This document shows, in pieces, positions 10,665 through 19,658 of a stretch of 64,000 bases of DNA. The notes beneath the pieces are model-generated. The model was not told the origin of the DNA. It searched no databases and saw nothing but the letters and a program-made list of their open reading frames with translations. The translations under genes and the position numbers were made by a program. The stretch is taken from the NCBI GenBank assembly GCA_032654565.1, contig JAULAX010000002.1, positions 64,001 to 128,000 of the forward strand, given 5' to 3'. Within the stretch, counting starts at the first letter, position 1. Every line of letters starts with the position of its first letter. Origin of the DNA: Anaeromyxobacteraceae bacterium. GTDB taxonomy: Bacteria > Myxococcota > Myxococcia > Myxococcales > Anaeromyxobacteraceae.

Positions 10665-12059
10665 CTACCGGGTCGGACCCGCGTCGTTGGAGTAGCCGAG
10701 CACGCCCATCTCGGGGATGTCGAGGCCGGCGACCTCCTCCTCCGCGGTGGGGCGCATCTTGGTGATCTTGCCGAGCGCCCAGAAGGCGACGCCACCGAGG
10801 ACCCCGACGTAGACGATGTTGGCGGTGATGCCGACGAGCTGGGCGTAGAGCTGGCCGGCGTTGCCGTAGAAGAGGCCGGCGACCGTCCCCTTCACGCCGT
10901 TGAGGCCGTCGCCGTACTTGCCGTTGGCGAGGAGGCCGAGGGCGACGATGCCCCAGGCGCCGTTGACGCCGTGGACCGCGATGGCGCCGACCGGATCGTC
11001 GATCTTCAGCTTGGTGTCGATGAAGAGCGCCGCCACCACCACCAGGACGCCGGCGACCGCGCCGATGAGGACGGCCGCCCAGGAGTCGACGAAGGCGCAG
11101 GGGGCGGTGATGGCCACCAGGCCGGCCAGCATGCCGTTGGCCAGCCAGGACGGATCCGGCTTGCCGAACTTCAAGGAGACGAATAGGTAGGAGGCGAAGG
11201 CGCCCGCGGCGGAGGCCAGCATGGTGTTGACGATCACCACGGCCAGCTGGCCGTCGGTGCCGGCCAGCGTCGAGCCGGCGTTGAAGCCGAACCAGCCGAA
11301 GGCCAGGATGAAGGTGCCGGTCATCACGTAGGCGACGTTGTGCGGCGGGATGGGGTTGCTGCGGCCGTCGGAGGTGTACTTGCCGATGCGCGGCCCGAGG
11401 ATCTTGGAGCAGACGATCGCCAGCACGCCGCCGGTCATGTGGACCACCGAGCTGCCGGCGAAGTCGACGTGGCCGTGGCCGAGGCCGAAGTTGCTGCCCA
11501 GCGTGGAGAGCCAGCCGCCGCCCCAGACCCAGTTGGCGTAGACCGGGTAGATGATGGTGGAGATGACGAAGGAGAAGAGCACGAAGTGGGTGATCTTCCA
11601 GCGCTCGGCCAGCGCTCCGGTGGGGATGGTGCAGGTGGTGTCCATGAAGACCATCTGGAAGAAGAACATTGCCGCCACCGCCGGGGTGAACATGGCCGGC
11701 GGGAGCATGAAGCCGCTGGTGCCGAAGAGGCCGAGGTCCTTGCCGAAGAGGTTGACTGTGAACTCGGCGCTGGCCTTGAGCATCTCCTCGCCGCCGAAGG
11801 TGGCCATCGGGCCCATGCCGCCCATTTGCAGGCCGAAGCCGACGAAGTAGAAGCCGAGGATGCCGATGGCGTAGACGAAGAAGTTCATGCCCATGGTGTG
11901 GGCCATGTTCTTGGCCCGGGTCAGGCCGGTCTCGACCAGCGCGAAGCCGGCCTGCATGAACATCACCAGGGTTCCGGCCAGGACCGTCCAGACGATGTTG
12001 AGCGCGGTCTGGGTGTCCGCGACGCTCTTCGCGAGTTCGGTGATCGTGGGGTCTGCCAT
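10665..12059 (-). CDS. amtB: Ammonium transporter
   Basis: FMQAGFALVE, DFAGSSVVHMTGG, GWFGFNAGS, DDPVGAIAVHGV (twin-His pair present). Confidence 0.96.
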   Translation of the reverse strand: MADPTITELAKSVADTQTALNIVWTVLAGTLVMFMQAGFALVETGLTRAKNMAHTMGMNFFVYAIGILGFYFVGFGLQMGGMGPMATFGGEEMLKASAEFTVNLFGKDLGLFGTSGFMLPPAMFTPAVAAMFFFQMVFMDTTCTIPTGALAERWKITHFVLFSFVISTIIYPVYANWVWGGGWLSTLGSNFGLGHGHVDFAGSSVVHMTGGVLAIVCSKILGPRIGKYTSDGRSNPIPPHNVAYVMTGTFILAFGWFGFNAGSTLAGTDGQLAVVIVNTMLASAAGAFASYLFVSLKFGKPDPSWLANGMLAGLVAITAPCAFVDSWAAVLIGAVAGVLVVVAALFIDTKLKIDDPVGAIAVHGVNGAWGIVALGLLANGKYGDGLNGVKGTVAGLFYGNAGQLYAQLVGITANIVYVGVLGGVAFWALGKITKMRPTAEEEVAGLDIPEMGVLGYSNDAGPTR

Positions 12060-12142
12060 CTCTTCTCCTCTGAAGGGGTGCGTCGTTGATGGTGGCGTCG
12101 AGCGGGGCCGGGCCGCGCGCGAGTCGTTCGGGAGGGACCGGA

Positions 12143-12159
12143 TGCAGCGGGCGTGCCGA
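12143..12159 (-). promoter_or_regulatory. sigma54 (-24/-12) promoter of amtB
   Basis: Minus strand tcGGCACGcccgcTGCA: GG-N10-GC with GGCACG. Confidence 0.7.
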
Positions 12160-12231
12160 CGCCGCGGACACCTGCCGGTGCGTGGTTTCGCCGCCTTGGC
12201 GGCGCGGCTGGGCGGGGCGCGGGCACCGGGT

Positions 12232-12248
12232 TGCCCGGTTCCCGGGCA
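12232..12248. promoter_or_regulatory. Putative NtrC-type enhancer site upstream of amtB
   Basis: TGCCC-ggttccc-GGGCA; about 83 bp from the -24 box, nearly the same offset as at glnK. Confidence 0.6.
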
Positions 12249-12303
12249 GGCGGTGTCGCGGGTGGTGGGGCGGGGCGGGCGGGCCGAACGGCCCCGCCGC
12301 GGA

Positions 12304-13716
12304 TCAGCCGAGCAGCGCCAGCAGGTCCTGCTTGATGGCGGCGCGGGTGGCGTCGTCGGCGGCGGCGCCCAGGGCGCGCTCCAGGGTCTCGGTCGCCTTG
12401 CGGCGGAAGCCCTTCTCCTCGTAGAGCGCCGCCAGGGCCCGCAGCGAGGGCAGGTGGCTGGGGCGCAGCTCGGCCGCCTTCTCGAAGGCGGTCATGGCGC
12501 TGAAGGCCTCGCCGGCGGCCCGCAGGGTCCGGGCCAGCAGCACGTGGGCCTCCGCCGAGTAGGGGTCGGCGGCGATGGCCGCCTCGAAGGCGGCCCGGGC
12601 CTCGGGGAGCCGGCTGGACAGCAGCAGCTCCCGGCCGCGCGCCAGCTCGGCCTGGGCGCCGGCGGTGTCGCCCCGGGAGCGGCTGGCGGTGGCCTCGAGC
12701 ACGGCGTCGATGCGGCGCAGCACGTCGTCGAAGCGGAACGGCTTCTCGATGTAGTCCTCGGCGCCGTAGGTGTCGCGGGCGTCCTGGGCGAAGCGCCAGC
12801 CCCGGTAGATGGCGGTCATCATGATCACCGGCACGTGACGGCAGCGCGGCGACGCCTTCATCCGCTGGCAGGCCTCGAAGCCGTGCACCTTGGGGAGCAT
12901 GGCGTCGAGCAGCACCAGGTCGGGGACCAGGGCCTCGGCCTTGGCGATGGCCTCGGCCCCGTCCTCGGCGGTCTCCACCGCGTAGCCGTGCTTCTCCAGC
13001 GAGCGCCGCAGCAGCAGCCGGATCTCCGGCTCGTCGTCGACCACCAGCACGGTGCGGCGGCCGGCCGGCCGCACCTGGATGGGCACCTCCGGGGGCGCCC
13101 CCTCGAGCGGGGACGGCCCGTCCTCGGCCCCCAGCGGGATGGCGTCCAGCTCGAGGATGATCTCCTCGGAGACCTCCACCTCCTCGTCGCCCCCCGGCAG
13201 CACCGCCGCCAGCAGCGGCGGCAGGCCGGCACCGGCGGCGTGGCCGCGCCAGACCTCCTCGCCCCGCTCGCGGGCGTCGTAGGCCTCGTGGATGGCCTGG
13301 AGGAGGGCGCCGTCGACGGCGATGTACCCGGACACCTCGCGCCCGGTGGCGAAGCGGACCTCGGAGAGGATGCGGTGGTCGTGCGGCGAGACCATGGCCA
13401 GGTGGAGCCGGCCGCCCTCGTCAGAGATGGGCAGGAGCAGGTCCTGCTCGGCCACTCCCCGCGGCACCAGCTCAAGCAGCGCCAGGTCGACGATGCAGCG
13501 AGAGAGGTCCACGCCCGGCCCGCGCTGCTGCTCGGCCAGCACCGCGGCCAGCAGCCCCTCGTCGATCCCCAGCTTGAGCAGCCGGGTGCAGAGCCGCTCG
13601 CCCGCCCCCTTGGCCTCGCGCCAGGCCCGGTCCACCTGGTCCTGGGTGGCGGCGCCGCGCTGCACCAGCAGGATGCCGACGGGGACGGGGACGGGGACCG
13701 GGGTGGAGTCGGGCAT
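12304..13716 (-). CDS. Response regulator: GspE/MshE N-terminal-like domain + receiver + TPR
   Basis: N-terminal PVGILLVQRG...RLCTRLLKLG...LAEQ and LHLAMVSP; REC VLVVDDE, LLDAMLP, MMTA, IEKP; C-terminal TPRs. Confidence 0.85.
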   Translation of the reverse strand: MPDSTPVPVPVPVGILLVQRGAATQDQVDRAWREAKGAGERLCTRLLKLGIDEGLLAAVLAEQQRGPGVDLSRCIVDLALLELVPRGVAEQDLLLPISDEGGRLHLAMVSPHDHRILSEVRFATGREVSGYIAVDGALLQAIHEAYDARERGEEVWRGHAAGAGLPPLLAAVLPGGDEEVEVSEEIILELDAIPLGAEDGPSPLEGAPPEVPIQVRPAGRRTVLVVDDEPEIRLLLRRSLEKHGYAVETAEDGAEAIAKAEALVPDLVLLDAMLPKVHGFEACQRMKASPRCRHVPVIMMTAIYRGWRFAQDARDTYGAEDYIEKPFRFDDVLRRIDAVLEATASRSRGDTAGAQAELARGRELLLSSRLPEARAAFEAAIAADPYSAEAHVLLARTLRAAGEAFSAMTAFEKAAELRPSHLPSLRALAALYEEKGFRRKATETLERALGAAADDATRAAIKQDLLALLG

Positions 13717-13721
13717 GGCCG

Positions 13722-14387
13722 CTACCCCACGGTGTCCGCGTAGGTCATGACCAGGTACATCACCGCGTCCCGCTCGCCCCGGTTCCGGTAGACGTGCGGC
13801 ACGTCGGCCTCGAAGACCATGGCGTCGCCGGCCTCGAGCGGCTCGCGGCGGCCCGACACCTCGATCTCCACCTGCCCCTGGGCCACCACCAGGTTCTCGA
13901 TGGTGCCCGGGTTGTGGGCCTCGGCCTTCTCCACCCCGCCCGGGCGCACCGTCAGCTGGTAGAACTCCACCCGGCGCGGCGAGTCGAAGGGGAAGAGGGC
14001 CCGCGAGCTGAAGCTGCCGTCGTGGCTGGTGAGCAGCTTGGCCTGCGAGGCGCGCAGCACGTGGAGCCCGCCCTCGCTGCGGGCGCTGATCAGCCCGGAG
14101 AAGGGGACGCCGAGCGCCGAGGCGATCTTCCAGAGCACGTTGATGGTGGGCGCGCTCTGCCCCAGCTCGATCTGGCCGAGCATGGCGCGCGAGACCCCGG
14201 AGAGCTTGGAGAGCTTCTCCAGCGAGAGGGCGCGCTGGCCGCGGAGCCGGCGCAGGTTGGTCCCCACCACCGGCGTCAGGTCGGTGACGCCGCTCCCGGC
14301 GTCGCGGTGCTCGGGGGCGACCGACTCGGGCACCGCGGCGGCGCGACCGCGCCCCTTCTTGGTGCCGCTCTCGCGGGGGTTCTTCAT
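13722..14387 (-). CDS. XRE-family HTH transcriptional regulator with cupin domain
   Basis: NLRRLRGQRALSLEKLSKLSGVSRAMLGQIELGQSAPTINVLWKIA; cupin AEAHNPGTIE...ADVPHVYRN. Confidence 0.92.
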   Translation of the reverse strand: MKNPRESGTKKGRGRAAAVPESVAPEHRDAGSGVTDLTPVVGTNLRRLRGQRALSLEKLSKLSGVSRAMLGQIELGQSAPTINVLWKIASALGVPFSGLISARSEGGLHVLRASQAKLLTSHDGSFSSRALFPFDSPRRVEFYQLTVRPGGVEKAEAHNPGTIENLVVAQGQVEIEVSGRREPLEAGDAMVFEADVPHVYRNRGERDAVMYLVMTYADTVG

Positions 14388-14400
14388 GGGGTGCGACTTT

Positions 14401-14425
14401 TCCGTTACAACGGACAGCTTGTCAA
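14401..14425. promoter_or_regulatory. Putative XRE operator palindrome overlapping its own promoter
   Basis: TCCGTT-ac-AACGGA (14401-14414) lies between a minus-strand TTGACA (14425-14420) and the XRE ATG. Confidence 0.55.
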
Positions 14426-14430
14426 CGCGC

Positions 14431-15456
14431 TTGCCCACCCCCGGCGGTCCCTGGCGGCTGACCCTGGTCACCGATCCGGACGACTGCAACCTCGCCTGCG
14501 ACATGTGCGAGTGCGGCCGGGCCCGCCTGGCGCCGACCGCCGCGGCCCCTCCCCGGCGCATGGCGGCGGCGCTGGCGATCGCCCTGGTGACCGAGCTGGG
14601 GGCCGGGCCGGCCGACGGCCGGCCGCGAGAGGTGATCCCCTCCACCCTGGGTGAGCCGCTGCTCTGGGGCGGCTTCGACGCCCTCCTCGAGGCCTGCGCC
14701 GCCGCCGGGGTCCGGCTCAACCTCACCACCAACGGCACCTGGCCGGGGCGAGGGGGCGCGGGCTGGGGGCTGCGGATCGCCCCGGTGGCCAGCGACGTCA
14801 AGGTCTCCTGGAACGGCGCCACCGCCGCCACCGCCGAGGCCATCATGGCCGGGCTCGACTTCGCGGCGGCCGTCGAGGGGGTGGACGGTTTCGCCTCGGC
14901 GCGCGACCAGGTGGCGGCCCGCACCGGCCACCGCTGCCGGCTCTCCTTCCAGGTGACCGCCCAGTCCGGCAACGTCGACGAGCTGGGACCGCTGGTGACG
15001 CTGGCCGCCTCGCTCGGCGTCGACCGGGTCAAGGTGAACCAGCTCCAGGCGCGGGTCCCGGCCCTCGAGCCCCGAGCCCTCCCCGCCACCGCGGCGGGGC
15101 GGGCCCGCTGGAACCGGGCGGTCGAGGCGATGCGGGCCAGCGCCGCGGCGGCGGCCGCCGCCGGCCGGGCCATCGCCCTCGAGAACGTGGCGCCGCTCCC
15201 CCCCCTCGACGCACCGCCGTCGCAGCCCGGCCCCTGCCCGTTCCTCGGCCGCGAGGCCTGGGTGCTCGACGACGGCCGGTTCGCCCCCTGCCCCCACCCG
15301 GCCGCCTGGCGCGGCGAGCTGGGCAACTTCGGCGCCGTGGGGGCGGGGCCGCTCTCCGCCATCTGGACCGGCCAGCCCCTGGCCCGCCTCCTGGCCGGCC
15401 ACGCCGACCACCCGACCTGCCGCGCCTGCCCGCTGCGGCGCCCCGGCGGCGCCTGA
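14431..15456 (+). CDS. Radical SAM protein with SPASM/twitch-like C-terminus
   Basis: CNLACDMC motif, GEPL, LTTNG, C-terminal CPF...DGRFAPC...CRAC; start uncertain (ATG 14386 overlaps the XRE ATG; TTG 14419 or 14431 are alternatives). Confidence 0.8.
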   Translation: MPTPGGPWRLTLVTDPDDCNLACDMCECGRARLAPTAAAPPRRMAAALAIALVTELGAGPADGRPREVIPSTLGEPLLWGGFDALLEACAAAGVRLNLTTNGTWPGRGGAGWGLRIAPVASDVKVSWNGATAATAEAIMAGLDFAAAVEGVDGFASARDQVAARTGHRCRLSFQVTAQSGNVDELGPLVTLAASLGVDRVKVNQLQARVPALEPRALPATAAGRARWNRAVEAMRASAAAAAAAGRAIALENVAPLPPLDAPPSQPGPCPFLGREAWVLDDGRFAPCPHPAAWRGELGNFGAVGAGPLSAIWTGQPLARLLAGHADHPTCRACPLRRPGGA

Positions 15457-15550
15457 GCCCGCAGGCCAGGCGAGGGGCGCCGTGAGCCCGCGGACGGACG
15501 GGCCCGGCCGTCGAATTCACTTCGGACCTGAACCGGGGCAGGATCCGCGG

Positions 15551-16033
15551 ATGGTCCCCCCCCGCGCGCCGTCACCGCCGGACCCCGTCATCCCGCCGGA
15601 CCGGCTCGACCGCCGCGGCTTCGACGCCGCGCTGGTGGCGCTGCTGGAGGCCCACGCCGAGAGCACCGAGAACCCCGGCTCGGTCCGCTGCGAGGGGTGC
15701 CGGGCCTGCGTCTCCTGCATGTTCTGCAGGGACTGCGAGGCCTGCCACCGCTGCACCCACTGCACCGGCTGCCGGACCTCCTCGCACCTCACCCACTGCC
15801 ACGACTGCAACGGCTGCCACGACAGCGCCTACTGCGAGCGCTCGGAGAACTGCGCCGGCGCCTCCTACCTGGTGCTCTGCCGCGACTGCTCCGACTGCAC
15901 CTACTGCTTCGGCTGCGTCGGGCTGGCCAAGAAGGACTTCCACATCCTCAACCGCCCCTACACCCGCAGCGAGTACTTCCGGATCATGGAGAAGCTGCGC
16001 GGCGTGCTCGGGCTCGGCTCGGGGCGCCGCTGA
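15551..16033 (+). CDS. Cys-rich (Cxx)n repeat protein
   Basis: 20 Cys, mostly at 3-residue spacing, ending CFGCVGL-KKDFHILNRPY. Confidence 0.85.
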   Translation: MVPPRAPSPPDPVIPPDRLDRRGFDAALVALLEAHAESTENPGSVRCEGCRACVSCMFCRDCEACHRCTHCTGCRTSSHLTHCHDCNGCHDSAYCERSENCAGASYLVLCRDCSDCTYCFGCVGLAKKDFHILNRPYTRSEYFRIMEKLRGVLGLGSGRR

Positions 16034-16947
16034 CCGGGGCGCTGCTGCTGGGGCTGCTGGCCTCCCTCCCCTCGGTCACGGTGACGCCGGCCCGGGCCCG
16101 CCCCGGCGACGCCGTGGTGGTCACGGTGCTCGAGGCCGCCACCCTGCCCTCCGGCGCGCTGGCCGGCCGGCCGCTCCACTTCTGGCCCGCCGGCCCGGGC
16201 CGTTGGCAGGCGGCGGCGCCGCTCCCCACCGAGACCGCCCCGGGGACGGCCACCGCGGGGGTGCGGGTCGACGACCTGCTCCTCACCCCCGAGCTGGAGA
16301 TCGAGCCGGCCCGGTTCGCCTCCACCAGGCTGGCCGTCCCGCCCCGCTTCCTGGAGCCCCCGGCCGCGGCTCGCCGCCGCATGGCGCTCGACCAGGCGGC
16401 CATCCAGCGGGCCTACGACCAGCCCTTCGGCCCGCCCCTGCTCACCGCGCCGCTGGCGGTGCCGCTCGACGCCGAGCCCTCGGGCCGCTTCGGCGACACC
16501 CGGGTCTACAACGGAAAGACCCAGGGTGTTCACTACGGGTTGGACCTGCCGGCCCCGGCCGGCACCCCGGTGGGCGCCGGCGGCGACGGCGAGGTGGTGC
16601 TGGCCCGCGACTGCTACATGTCCGGCCAGACGGTGCTGATCTGGCACGGGGCCGGGATCTTCAGCGCCTCCTTCCACCTCTCGCGCATGGACGTGGCGGT
16701 GGGCCAGGCGGTGCGGCGCGGCCAGGTGATCGGCCGGGTCGGCTCCACCGGCCGCTCCACCGGCCCGCACCTGCACTGGGGGGTCAAGGTGGGCGGCCTC
16801 TGGGTGGACCCGGTCTCGGCGGCCCGGCTCGAGCTCTCCGGCGACGAGGGGGGCGCCGCGCCGATCGCCCCACCTCCGCCAGCCGCCGACGGGGCCGCGG
16901 AGCCGCCGGGCCCGCCGGTGGGCGAGCGGCCGCACCCCGGCGGGTGA
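16030..16947 (+). CDS. M23 family metallopeptidase
   Basis: HYGLD (HxxxD), VGSTGRSTGPHLHWG (HxH); signal peptide begins at CTG 16030 overlapping the upstream stop; alternative GTG at 16081. Confidence 0.88.
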   Translation: MTGALLLGLLASLPSVTVTPARARPGDAVVVTVLEAATLPSGALAGRPLHFWPAGPGRWQAAAPLPTETAPGTATAGVRVDDLLLTPELEIEPARFASTRLAVPPRFLEPPAAARRRMALDQAAIQRAYDQPFGPPLLTAPLAVPLDAEPSGRFGDTRVYNGKTQGVHYGLDLPAPAGTPVGAGGDGEVVLARDCYMSGQTVLIWHGAGIFSASFHLSRMDVAVGQAVRRGQVIGRVGSTGRSTGPHLHWGVKVGGLWVDPVSAARLELSGDEGGAAPIAPPPPAADGAAEPPGPPVGERPHPGG

Positions 16948-16983
16948 ACTCGCCGGCCCGCCGCTTCCGGTAGACTCCCGGTC

Positions 16984-17256
16984 ATGACCCTGCTCACCGC
17001 CCTGCTGCGGAGCGCCTATCTCGCCTTCCTGGTCGGCTACACGCTGGCGGTCTCGCCGCTGGGGCTGCTCTGGGGCGGGACTGCGGAGGGCCCGCCCCAC
17101 CCGGTGCCGGTGGCGGTGGTGCAGCGGCTCTTCGTCGCCGCCTGGCTGGCCATCGGCTGGATCGCCCTGGAGGCGGCGGTGGCCTGGCTGCGGGTCTGGC
17201 TCGAGGCCCGGGACCGCCGCCGGAGCGTCCCCGTCCCGCCCCCGCCGGCCACATGA
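16984..17256 (+). CDS. Small two-TM membrane protein
   Basis: 90 aa, two hydrophobic helices; ATGA overlap with the deacetylase gene. Confidence 0.65.
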   Translation: MTLLTALLRSAYLAFLVGYTLAVSPLGLLWGGTAEGPPHPVPVAVVQRLFVAAWLAIGWIALEAAVAWLRVWLEARDRRRSVPVPPPPAT

Positions 17257-18995
17257 TCCTCGGCTCCCTGCTGCGGAGGCTGGGTGGCCTGCTGCGCCGG
17301 AGGCCGGCGACGCTCTGGCACGACACCCGCTACCGGCTCCCGCTCGGCGGGCTGGAGTCGTCCGCCGGCATCGAGCCGCGCCGCGCCGACTACGCCGCCT
17401 GGTGGCTGACCAGCAGCGGGGTGATCTCGGCGCGGCGGGTCCGCAGCCCCAAGCGCATCGCCGTCCACCGGCTCTCCCGGGTCCACACCCCGGAGCTGCT
17501 GGAGTCGCTGAGCCGCCCCGAGGGGCTGGCCGCCGTCTTCGGCGCCGACCCGGCCGACCTGCGCGTCGACGAGCTGATGGACACCATCCGGCTGGCCTGC
17601 GGGGGGACGCTGGGGGCCACCCGCGAGACGCTGCGCACCGGCGAGCCGGCCATCAACCTGCTGGGCGGCTTCCACCACGCCGGGCCCGGCGTGGCCGGCG
17701 GCTTCTGCCCGGTCAACGACGTGGCGGTGGCCATCGCCGTCATGCGCGACCGCGGCTTCACCGGGTGGGTGCTGGTCCTCGACCTCGACGCCCACCCGCC
17801 CGACGGCCTGGCCGCCTGCCTCAAGGACGACCCGCGGGCCTCCATCGGCTCGCTCTCCGGCTCGGACTGGGGGCCGCTCCCCGGCGTCGACGAGACGGTG
17901 CTGCCGGAGGGGTGCGGTGACGAGCCCTACCTGGCGGCGCTGCGGCAGCTGCTCCACCGCACCCGGCGACCCGACCTGGCCTACGTCATCGCCGGCGGCG
18001 ACGTGCTGGCCGGCGACAAGATGGGGCGGCTCGGCCTGACGCTGGAGGGGGCGCGCCGGCGCGACCTGCTGGTGGCCGACTGGCTCGACGGCCTCCCCCA
18101 GGTCTGGCTCCCCGGCGGCGGGTACTCCAGCCGGTCCTGGCGGGTGCTGGCCGGCACCGGCATGGCGGTGGCCACCCGCTCGCTGCGCCCCATCCCCGAC
18201 GACTACCAGCCGCTGCTGGCCCGCTTCAGCAGCCTCTCCGCCGGCCTGAGCCAGGCCGAGCTCGGCGACGCCGGCGACCTCACCCTCGACGACGTAGAGG
18301 AGTCGCTCGGCCTGCGCCCCACCCGGCAGCGGCTGCTGCTCGGCTTCTACACGGCGCAGGGGATGGAGGTGGCGCTCCACCGCTACGGGGTCTTCAAGCA
18401 CCTGGCGCGGCTCGGCTACCGCGACCTGCACGTCAGCTTCGACCGCGAGGGGGCCGGCGAGCGGGTCCGGCTGCACGGCACCGCCGACGACCTGCCCGGG
18501 CCGCAGCTGCTCATCGAGCTGATCCTGGAGAAGCGGCGCTGCCTGGGGGTCCCGGTCCTCTACGTCCACTGGTTCTCGCTGCGCCACCCGCGCGCCCGCT
18601 TCAGCGACAAGCGCCCGCGGCTGCCCGGGCAGGAGGTGCCGGGGCTCGGCCTGGCGCAGGAGGCGGGCACCATGATGGCGCGGATGGCCATCCGGCTCGG
18701 GCTGGGGGGGGTGGTCTTCCGCCCCTCCAACTTCCACGTCGCCTACACCTCGCGCAAGGGCTTCGCCTTCGTCCAGCCGGAGCGGCAGGGGCGCTTCGAG
18801 GCGCTGATCCGCGACCTGGCCAGCACCCCGCTGGCCGAGGCCACCCGGCTGGTCGCCGAAGGAAAGGTCCTGCTCGACGGCGCGCCCTACCAGTGGGAGG
18901 CCGACGAGATGGTCTACTGGCTGCGCGAGTCCCCGGCCGACGCTGGCGAGGTGGAGCGGGTCAAGGCGCACACCTCCTTCACCGTGGCTCGCTGA
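17253..18995 (+). CDS. Zn-dependent histone deacetylase (AcuC/HDAC) family protein with extra C-terminal domain
   Basis: GGFHHA, GGFCPVNDVA, DLDAH, GDVLAGD, GGGY motifs. Confidence 0.87.
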   Translation: MILGSLLRRLGGLLRRRPATLWHDTRYRLPLGGLESSAGIEPRRADYAAWWLTSSGVISARRVRSPKRIAVHRLSRVHTPELLESLSRPEGLAAVFGADPADLRVDELMDTIRLACGGTLGATRETLRTGEPAINLLGGFHHAGPGVAGGFCPVNDVAVAIAVMRDRGFTGWVLVLDLDAHPPDGLAACLKDDPRASIGSLSGSDWGPLPGVDETVLPEGCGDEPYLAALRQLLHRTRRPDLAYVIAGGDVLAGDKMGRLGLTLEGARRRDLLVADWLDGLPQVWLPGGGYSSRSWRVLAGTGMAVATRSLRPIPDDYQPLLARFSSLSAGLSQAELGDAGDLTLDDVEESLGLRPTRQRLLLGFYTAQGMEVALHRYGVFKHLARLGYRDLHVSFDREGAGERVRLHGTADDLPGPQLLIELILEKRRCLGVPVLYVHWFSLRHPRARFSDKRPRLPGQEVPGLGLAQEAGTMMARMAIRLGLGGVVFRPSNFHVAYTSRKGFAFVQPERQGRFEALIRDLASTPLAEATRLVAEGKVLLDGAPYQWEADEMVYWLRESPADAGEVERVKAHTSFTVAR

Positions 18996-19515
18996 GCAGC
19001 TGCCGGACCTCCTGGTCGAGCCGCCCGGCGTTCCCGGGCTGGTAGCCCTCGTGGACGAAGCGGACCCGCCCGGCCCGGTCCACCACCAGCGTGGTGGGGA
19101 GCTTCTCGATGCGCAGCCGCTCGGCGTGGCGCGCCCCTCCCTTGTCCCAGAGCACCAGGAACGGGAGGGGGGTGGACTCCAGGAAGGCGACCAGCTGCGC
19201 CTGGTCCTCGTCCACCGAGACCGCGGTGACCGTGAGGCCGTCGGCCTGGTGGGCCCGGGCCAGCAGCTCGAGGACCGGGAACTGTTCCTGGCAGGGCTCG
19301 CACCAGGTGGCCCAGAAGTCGACGATGCGGACCCGACCCTGCTGCGCCGCCACCTGGTGCTCAACCCCCCGCAGGTCGGGCGCGACCACGTCCACCGCCT
19401 GGCCGACGGCCGGGGAGCTGCCCAGGTTGGGTCGCCCCGCGGCGCAGCCGGCGGTGGCCAGGGCGATCAGCGCGAGGCGATGGGGGAAATGGCGCAAAAG
19501 CATTCTCAACATCAT
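18979..19515 (-). CDS. TlpA-family thiol-disulfide oxidoreductase lipoprotein
   Basis: DFWATWCEPC, cis-Pro LPTT, lipobox TAGC; start may be the second Met (19503). Confidence 0.9.
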   Translation of the reverse strand: MMLRMLLRHFPHRLALIALATAGCAAGRPNLGSSPAVGQAVDVVAPDLRGVEHQVAAQQGRVRIVDFWATWCEPCQEQFPVLELLARAHQADGLTVTAVSVDEDQAQLVAFLESTPLPFLVLWDKGGARHAERLRIEKLPTTLVVDRAGRVRFVHEGYQPGNAGRLDQEVRQLLSEPR

Positions 19516-19542
19516 GGCTTAAATGGTCCTTTTGTCGATCGA

Positions 19543-19556
19543 CTGATCTGGATCAA
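19543..19556. promoter_or_regulatory. FNR/CRP-family binding site
   Basis: cTGAT-ctgg-ATCAA, 9/10 match to TTGAT-N4-ATCAA, in the divergent tlpA/porin intergenic region. Confidence 0.65.
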
Positions 19557-19658
19557 GCCCACTTCGCCATTCACTGTGCCATGGTCCGCAGGGTCGCTTC
19601 CGCCGGGCCCCTCCGGCGTGGCGAGCCCTGCGCGCTCCAACGACAGGTCGAGGTCCCG

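Noticed and set aside
15680..15930. CXXCH motifs in the Cys-rich protein as heme c sites
   Set aside because: No signal peptide; the motifs arise incidentally from the Cxx periodicity
19564..19582. Minus-strand TGGCAC as a sigma54 promoter for tlpA
   Set aside because: GG to GC spacing is 11 rather than the required 10
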